DNA from: Candidatus Allobutyricicoccus pentlandensis
GTDB lineage: Bacteria > Bacillota > Clostridia > Oscillospirales > QAMX01
Length of the DNA stretch: 41,008 bases
Assembly (NCBI GenBank): GCA_904398645.1
Contig: CAJFPH010000077.1
Location: forward strand, 1 to 41,008
Reading direction: 5' to 3'
The first letter of the stretch is position 1. Every line of letters starts with the position of its first letter. Made by a program: the position numbers and the translations under genes. The notes below the pieces were generated by a model. That model ran no database searches. It was not told where the DNA came from and saw only the letters and a list, made by a program, of their open reading frames with translations. Below, piece after piece: positions 37,749 to 41,008 of the stretch.

Positions 37749-37817
37749 CAGCCTAAAGAAAGCGGAGAGAGCGGAAAAAACTTTTGGTATCTTGACGATG
37801 ACAGAGCAAAAAGGATT

Positions 37818-37826
37818 TGTTATAAT
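37818..37826 (+). promoter_or_regulatory. Extended -10 promoter element for the atp operon
   Basis: TGtTATAAT. A TTGACG lies further upstream but at a non-canonical 23-nt spacing. It gives a ~270-nt leader before atpB. Confidence 0.5.
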
Positions 37827-38101
37827 GTTGTCGTTTTAAATAGGTGAAGGGAACTGTGGCTTGCCGTATTTGATCGGCGCTGCGGGCCGTTATGTTGAAG
37901 AGAAATATGAACCTGTGTGGAACAGGAAAGCATCCGTTAAAACCGTTGCTTTGAATCTCGCGAGCTCATTTATGTATGAATAGATTGCGTGCTTTGGTAC
38001 TGACTTTACCGCGGGATTTTTCCGGCGGTCTTGTTGCTTTTTGCATAATTTGCAGATGAAAGTATGTTGAGAGATAACAATTGAAAAGAAAGGAGCGGCA
38101 T

Positions 38102-38941
38102 ATGAGTGCGAAGAAAAGGAAGATTGGCATCGCCATTTGGGCTTGCGTTGTACTCGTTTTGCTGGTTGTCAGTATCCTGACCGGAAATGCCGGTGGGGAG
38201 CAGGAGTCAATTAAAGAAGTAATGCGCGACGCCGTTCTTCATGAAACGGGGAAAATTGAATTTTTGGGGATACTGGAGGTAAATCCGGCCGTAATCTCCG
38301 GATTTCTGGTAACAGGTGTTCTGCTCTGCTTTGCGGCGTGCGTCCGCCTGTTTGCAATTCCAAGATTTCGATATGTTCCCGGCAAGTTTCAATTGCTGAT
38401 TGAGCAAGTCGTTAACCTGTTTGACGGGTTGGCAAAGTCAAACAGCCCCCATCGAAATGGGTTCCTTGGTGCGTATATCTTTGGTGCAGGCGTCTATATC
38501 TTCGTTGGAACTTTATTTGAACTGTTTGGTTTTCAGGCTGTTACAACGGAGGGCGTATCAATTGCGCTTCCTGCTCCGCTTTCTGATATTAACGCTGCCA
38601 TTTGCCTTGGGTGCTTGTCTTATCTGGTGATTCTCTCAGGAGGCATAGCAGGAAACGGTTTCCGCGGCGTTGGAAAGACACTAAAAGATTTCTCTCTGCC
38701 GATATCAATGAGCTTCCGTCTGTTTGGCGCGTTGCTCAGCGGCCTTTTGGTGACGGAGCTGGTCTATTATTACATTAGCTTGAGCTTTGTGCTGCCTGTA
38801 GTCGTTGCGGTGCTGTTTACGTTGCTGCATGCTCTCATTCAAACCTATGTTCTAACTATGCTTACGGCCCTGTTCTATGGAGAGGTGTCGGAGCCGCAAC
38901 AGAAAAAGAAAAAGTTAAAAAAACAGGCGGCAAGCCTGTGA
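38102..38941 (+). CDS. atpB: F-type ATP synthase subunit a
   Basis: Conserved SMSFRLFGALLSG helix with the essential Arg, in a polytopic membrane protein. AGGAG lies 6 nt before the ATG at 38102. The track start at 38081 is a TTG. Confidence 0.9.
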   Translation: MSAKKRKIGIAIWACVVLVLLVVSILTGNAGGEQESIKEVMRDAVLHETGKIEFLGILEVNPAVISGFLVTGVLLCFAACVRLFAIPRFRYVPGKFQLLIEQVVNLFDGLAKSNSPHRNGFLGAYIFGAGVYIFVGTLFELFGFQAVTTEGVSIALPAPLSDINAAICLGCLSYLVILSGGIAGNGFRGVGKTLKDFSLPISMSFRLFGALLSGLLVTELVYYYISLSFVLPVVVAVLFTLLHALIQTYVLTMLTALFYGEVSEPQQKKKKLKKQAASL

Positions 38942-38960
38942 GCTGAAATGTTGGAGGTAG

Positions 38961-39350
38961 ATGAAAATGAACAGAAAAAGAAAGAGCGTATTGGCGTTCC
39001 TGTTGCTGACGGTGGTTTTGGCGGCGCTTTGCGCAGTACCGGCTTTTGCTGCGGGCGAGCCTGGTGACGGAACTGTTGGAACGGATGCGGCAAGTGAGAC
39101 TGCGGCGGAGGCCTCCACCGCGGATTCTACCGGCGACAAGGCGTTGGCGGCGGCTGTTGCAGTTGGCTTGGCGGCTGCGGGCGGCGCAATTGGTATGGGT
39201 ATTGCGATTGCCAAATCTACGGAAGGCATTTCCCGTCAGCCGGAGGCAGAGGGCCGTATTCGTACGGCCATGATGCTGGGCCTGGTGTTCATTGAGACCG
39301 CGATTATTTATGCGTTGATTGTGGCAATTCTGATTATATTTGTTCTGTAA
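38961..39350 (+). CDS. atpE: F-type ATP synthase subunit c with a 60-aa N-terminal extension
   Basis: The C-terminal 69 aa form a canonical c hairpin (GxGxAxA helix, RQPE loop, FIETAIIY carboxylate helix). Residues 1-30 look like a Sec signal peptide. The start may be the second ATG at 38967. Confidence 0.85.
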   Translation: MKMNRKRKSVLAFLLLTVVLAALCAVPAFAAGEPGDGTVGTDAASETAAEASTADSTGDKALAAAVAVGLAAAGGAIGMGIAIAKSTEGISRQPEAEGRIRTAMMLGLVFIETAIIYALIVAILIIFVL

Positions 39351-39356
39351 AGGTGT

Positions 39357-39857
39357 GTGAAGAGCGTGGGTGTTCCGTTGAATATCGATTGGCAGCAGAT
39401 CCTACTGCATCTTTTCAATTTTGCAATACTTGCAGGCGGGCTGTATCTGTTGCTTTATAAGCCGGTAAAAAACTTCATGGAAAAGCGGACTGCGTATTAT
39501 CAGGGCCTTGACGCTACTGCCAATGAAAAACTGGCGCATGCCGAAGCAATGGAAGCGGATTATCAGAAGCAGTTAGACCAGGCAGAGGCAGAGATCAGCC
39601 AGAGAAAGGCAAAAGCGGCGAAGGAATCGGAGCTTGCTGCGGCAGCGCAGATGAAAAATGCGAAAGAACAGAGCGAAAAGCTGATTCTTGCGGCGCAGCA
39701 GGCGGCGCAGATGGAGAGAAAGAAGATACTGGGTGAAGCAAGAGAAGAAATTGCACAGATCGCCGTTGAGGCGACACAGAAATTATTGAAGGCGGACGCC
39801 TCTAAAATATATAATGAGTTTTTAGACGCCGCATCAAAGGAGCAGGGGCATGAGTGA
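39357..39857 (+). CDS. atpF: F-type ATP synthase subunit b
   Basis: A single N-terminal TM helix, then a long charged Ala/Glu/Lys/Gln-rich coiled coil. Operon position fits. Confidence 0.85.
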   Translation: MKSVGVPLNIDWQQILLHLFNFAILAGGLYLLLYKPVKNFMEKRTAYYQGLDATANEKLAHAEAMEADYQKQLDQAEAEISQRKAKAAKESELAAAAQMKNAKEQSEKLILAAQQAAQMERKKILGEAREEIAQIAVEATQKLLKADASKIYNEFLDAASKEQGHE

Positions 39858-41008
39858 GTTGCAGGCGGTTCTGAAAGGGTTGGTTCCGCCTGATTCGTCC
39901 CAGGAGGATCGAATCAGGGCCTTTTTGGAACAGAAATATGGCGCGCCGGTTGTACTTGTATGGGAAGTGGATCCCACAATAGCAAGTGGGTTCCGCCTGG
40001 AAATTGGCTCCGACGTATATGATTGGAGCCTGCGGGGCCGTTTTGCGCAGTTAAGGGATGTGCTGGAACAGCTTCCGTACATGACTGGCGGCATTGTCCC
40101 ACTTTTAAGGGATACCGTAAAAAATTGGACGCCCCGTGCCCTGGCGGAAGAAATTGGTACCGTTTTGACTGTCGGAGACGGTATTGCGACTGTTGGCGGC
40201 CTGGAACATGCTGCTTATGGAGAAATTTTAATCTTTTCGTCAGGCATCCGTGGTATGGTTCAGGACTTGAGGCGTGAAGAACTTGGTTGCATCCTCTTTG
40301 GTGATGACCAGGAAATTTTGGAGGGAAGCGCTGTCAGAAGAACCGGCATGATGGCTGGTATCCCGGTTGGGGATGGCTTTATTGGCCGTGTAATTAATGC
40401 GCTTGGCGCGCCGATTGATGGGAAAGGACCGATTAAGGAAGAAGATTACCGGCCGGTTGAAGCGCCTGCGCCTAACATTATTGACCGTCAGCCGGTGAAT
40501 AAGCCGATGGAGACGGGCCTTCTGGCGATCGATTCCATGTTTCCAATAGGCCGTGGACAGCGTGAGCTGATTATAGGCGACCGTCAGACAGGAAAGACGG
40601 CAATTGCGCTGGATACGATTTTGAATCAGAAAGATAAAGACGTAATCTGCATTTATGTGGCAATCGGGCAGAAAGCCAGCTCAGTTGCACAACTTGTTGA
40701 AACCTTGAGACGGCATGGCGCGATGGAATACACCATTGTTGTCAATGCATCTGCCAGCGATACGGCCCCTCTGCAGTATATTGCACCGTATGCAGGCTGC
40801 GCCATGGGCGAGTATTTTATGAATATGGGCAGAGACGTTCTTATCGTATATGACGATTTGTCCAAACACGCGATTGCGTACCGGGCGCTCAGCCTTTTGC
40901 TGGAGCGTTCGCCGGGCCGTGAAGCGTATCCGGGTGATGTCTTTTATTTGCACTCTCGTCTTTTGGAACGCGCAGCGCATTTGTCTGACGAAAAGGGCGG
41001 CGGTAGTA
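39850..41008 (+). CDS. atpA: ATP synthase alpha subunit with an in-frame N-terminal delta-C-terminal-domain-like extension (3' end outside the window)
   Basis: I translated this by hand; it is absent from the ORF track because it has no stop in the window. ATG at 39850, after an AAGGAG RBS. The first 77 codons resemble the delta/OSCP C-terminus ([39 protein letters not shown]). The frame then runs without a stop into alpha (GDRQTGKT Walker [33 protein letters not shown]). Confidence 0.85.
   Translation, partial: MSELQAVLKGLVPPDSSQEDRIRAFLEQKYGAPVVLVWEVDPTIASGFRLEIGSDVYDWSLRGRFAQLRDVLEQLPYMTGGIVPLLRDTVKNWTPRALAEEIGTVLTVGDGIATVGGLEHAAYGEILIFSSGIRGMVQDLRREELGCILFGDDQEILEGSAVRRTGMMAGIPVGDGFIGRVINALGAPIDGKGPIKEEDYRPVEAPAPNIIDRQPVNKPMETGLLAIDSMFPIGRGQRELIIGDRQTGKTAIALDTILNQKDKDVICIYVAIGQKASSVAQLVETLRRHGAMEYTIVVNASASDTAPLQYIAPYAGCAMGEYFMNMGRDVLIVYDDLSKHAIAYRALSLLLERSPGREAYPGDVFYLHSRLLERAAHLSDEKGGGS

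Noticed and set aside
37454-37800. c-di-GMP riboswitch upstream of the adhesin operon, as seen for some clostridial surface proteins
   Set aside because: I could not find the conserved GEMM-I or c-di-GMP-II core sequences on the - strand. Only a covariance-model scan could settle it.
39141-39350. Na+-binding signature in the c subunit
   Set aside because: The carboxylate helix has E-T-x-x-x-Y, but the helix-1 position that is Gln in Na+-coupled c subunits aligns to Met (GMGI). The motif is incomplete, so I make no call on ion specificity.
1-41008. Mobile element, prophage, defence island or CRISPR content
   Set aside because: There are no integrase, transposase or recombinase genes, no direct-repeat arrays, no tRNA attachment sites and no abrupt compositional shift except a modest AT-rich stretch at 37.45-37.8 kb. 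The window reads as core chromosome.

Overview
A 41-kb chromosomal segment from an anaerobic Firmicute of the class Clostridia. The Oscillospiraceae/Ruminococcaceae-like flavour is inference only. I found no rRNA, tRNA, CRISPR array, transposase or integrase. The window is mostly core metabolism in short operons bounded by clear hairpin terminators. Gene order: (1) an FGGY sugar kinase (-) divergent from rpiB plus a split transketolase (+). (2) A glnN (type III glutamine synthetase)-asnB operon (-). (3) Two overlapping FAD flavoproteins (-). (4) pepF. (5) A serine hydrolase. (6) An Isf-type flavoprotein broken by an in-frame TAA. (7) A tandem-OB SSB-like protein. (8) A GH63-like glycosidase. 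(9) A two-gene sufC/short-sufB-like pair. (10) A nitroreductase. (11) A CE4 deacetylase (-) divergent from an SLT lipoprotein (+). (12) An ANT(6)-like nucleotidyltransferase. (13) DegV. (14) A 10-gene [FeFe]-hydrogenase locus. (15) A 1327-aa sortase-anchored adhesin preceded by one or two unknown small ORFs (-). (16) The start of an F-type ATP synthase operon. In the hydrogenase locus, hydC is separated from hydB-hydA by six putative signalling genes: DRTGG, HATPase, a HydS-like sensory hydrogenase, DRTGG, PHP and HATPase. The observations most worth a second look are these. In the ATP synthase operon, the delta subunit is reduced to its C-terminal ~55 residues and reads in frame, with no stop, into alpha. 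The c subunit carries a 60-aa signal-peptide-plus-linker extension. The translationally coupled H2-sensor/kinase/phosphatase-like module sits inside the hyd operon. HydA reads TSCSP where the canonical L1 motif is TSCCP. The adhesin has a Cys/His-motif N-terminal region and unknown upstream partners. A consensus promoter is followed directly by an intrinsic terminator in the short glnN leader.
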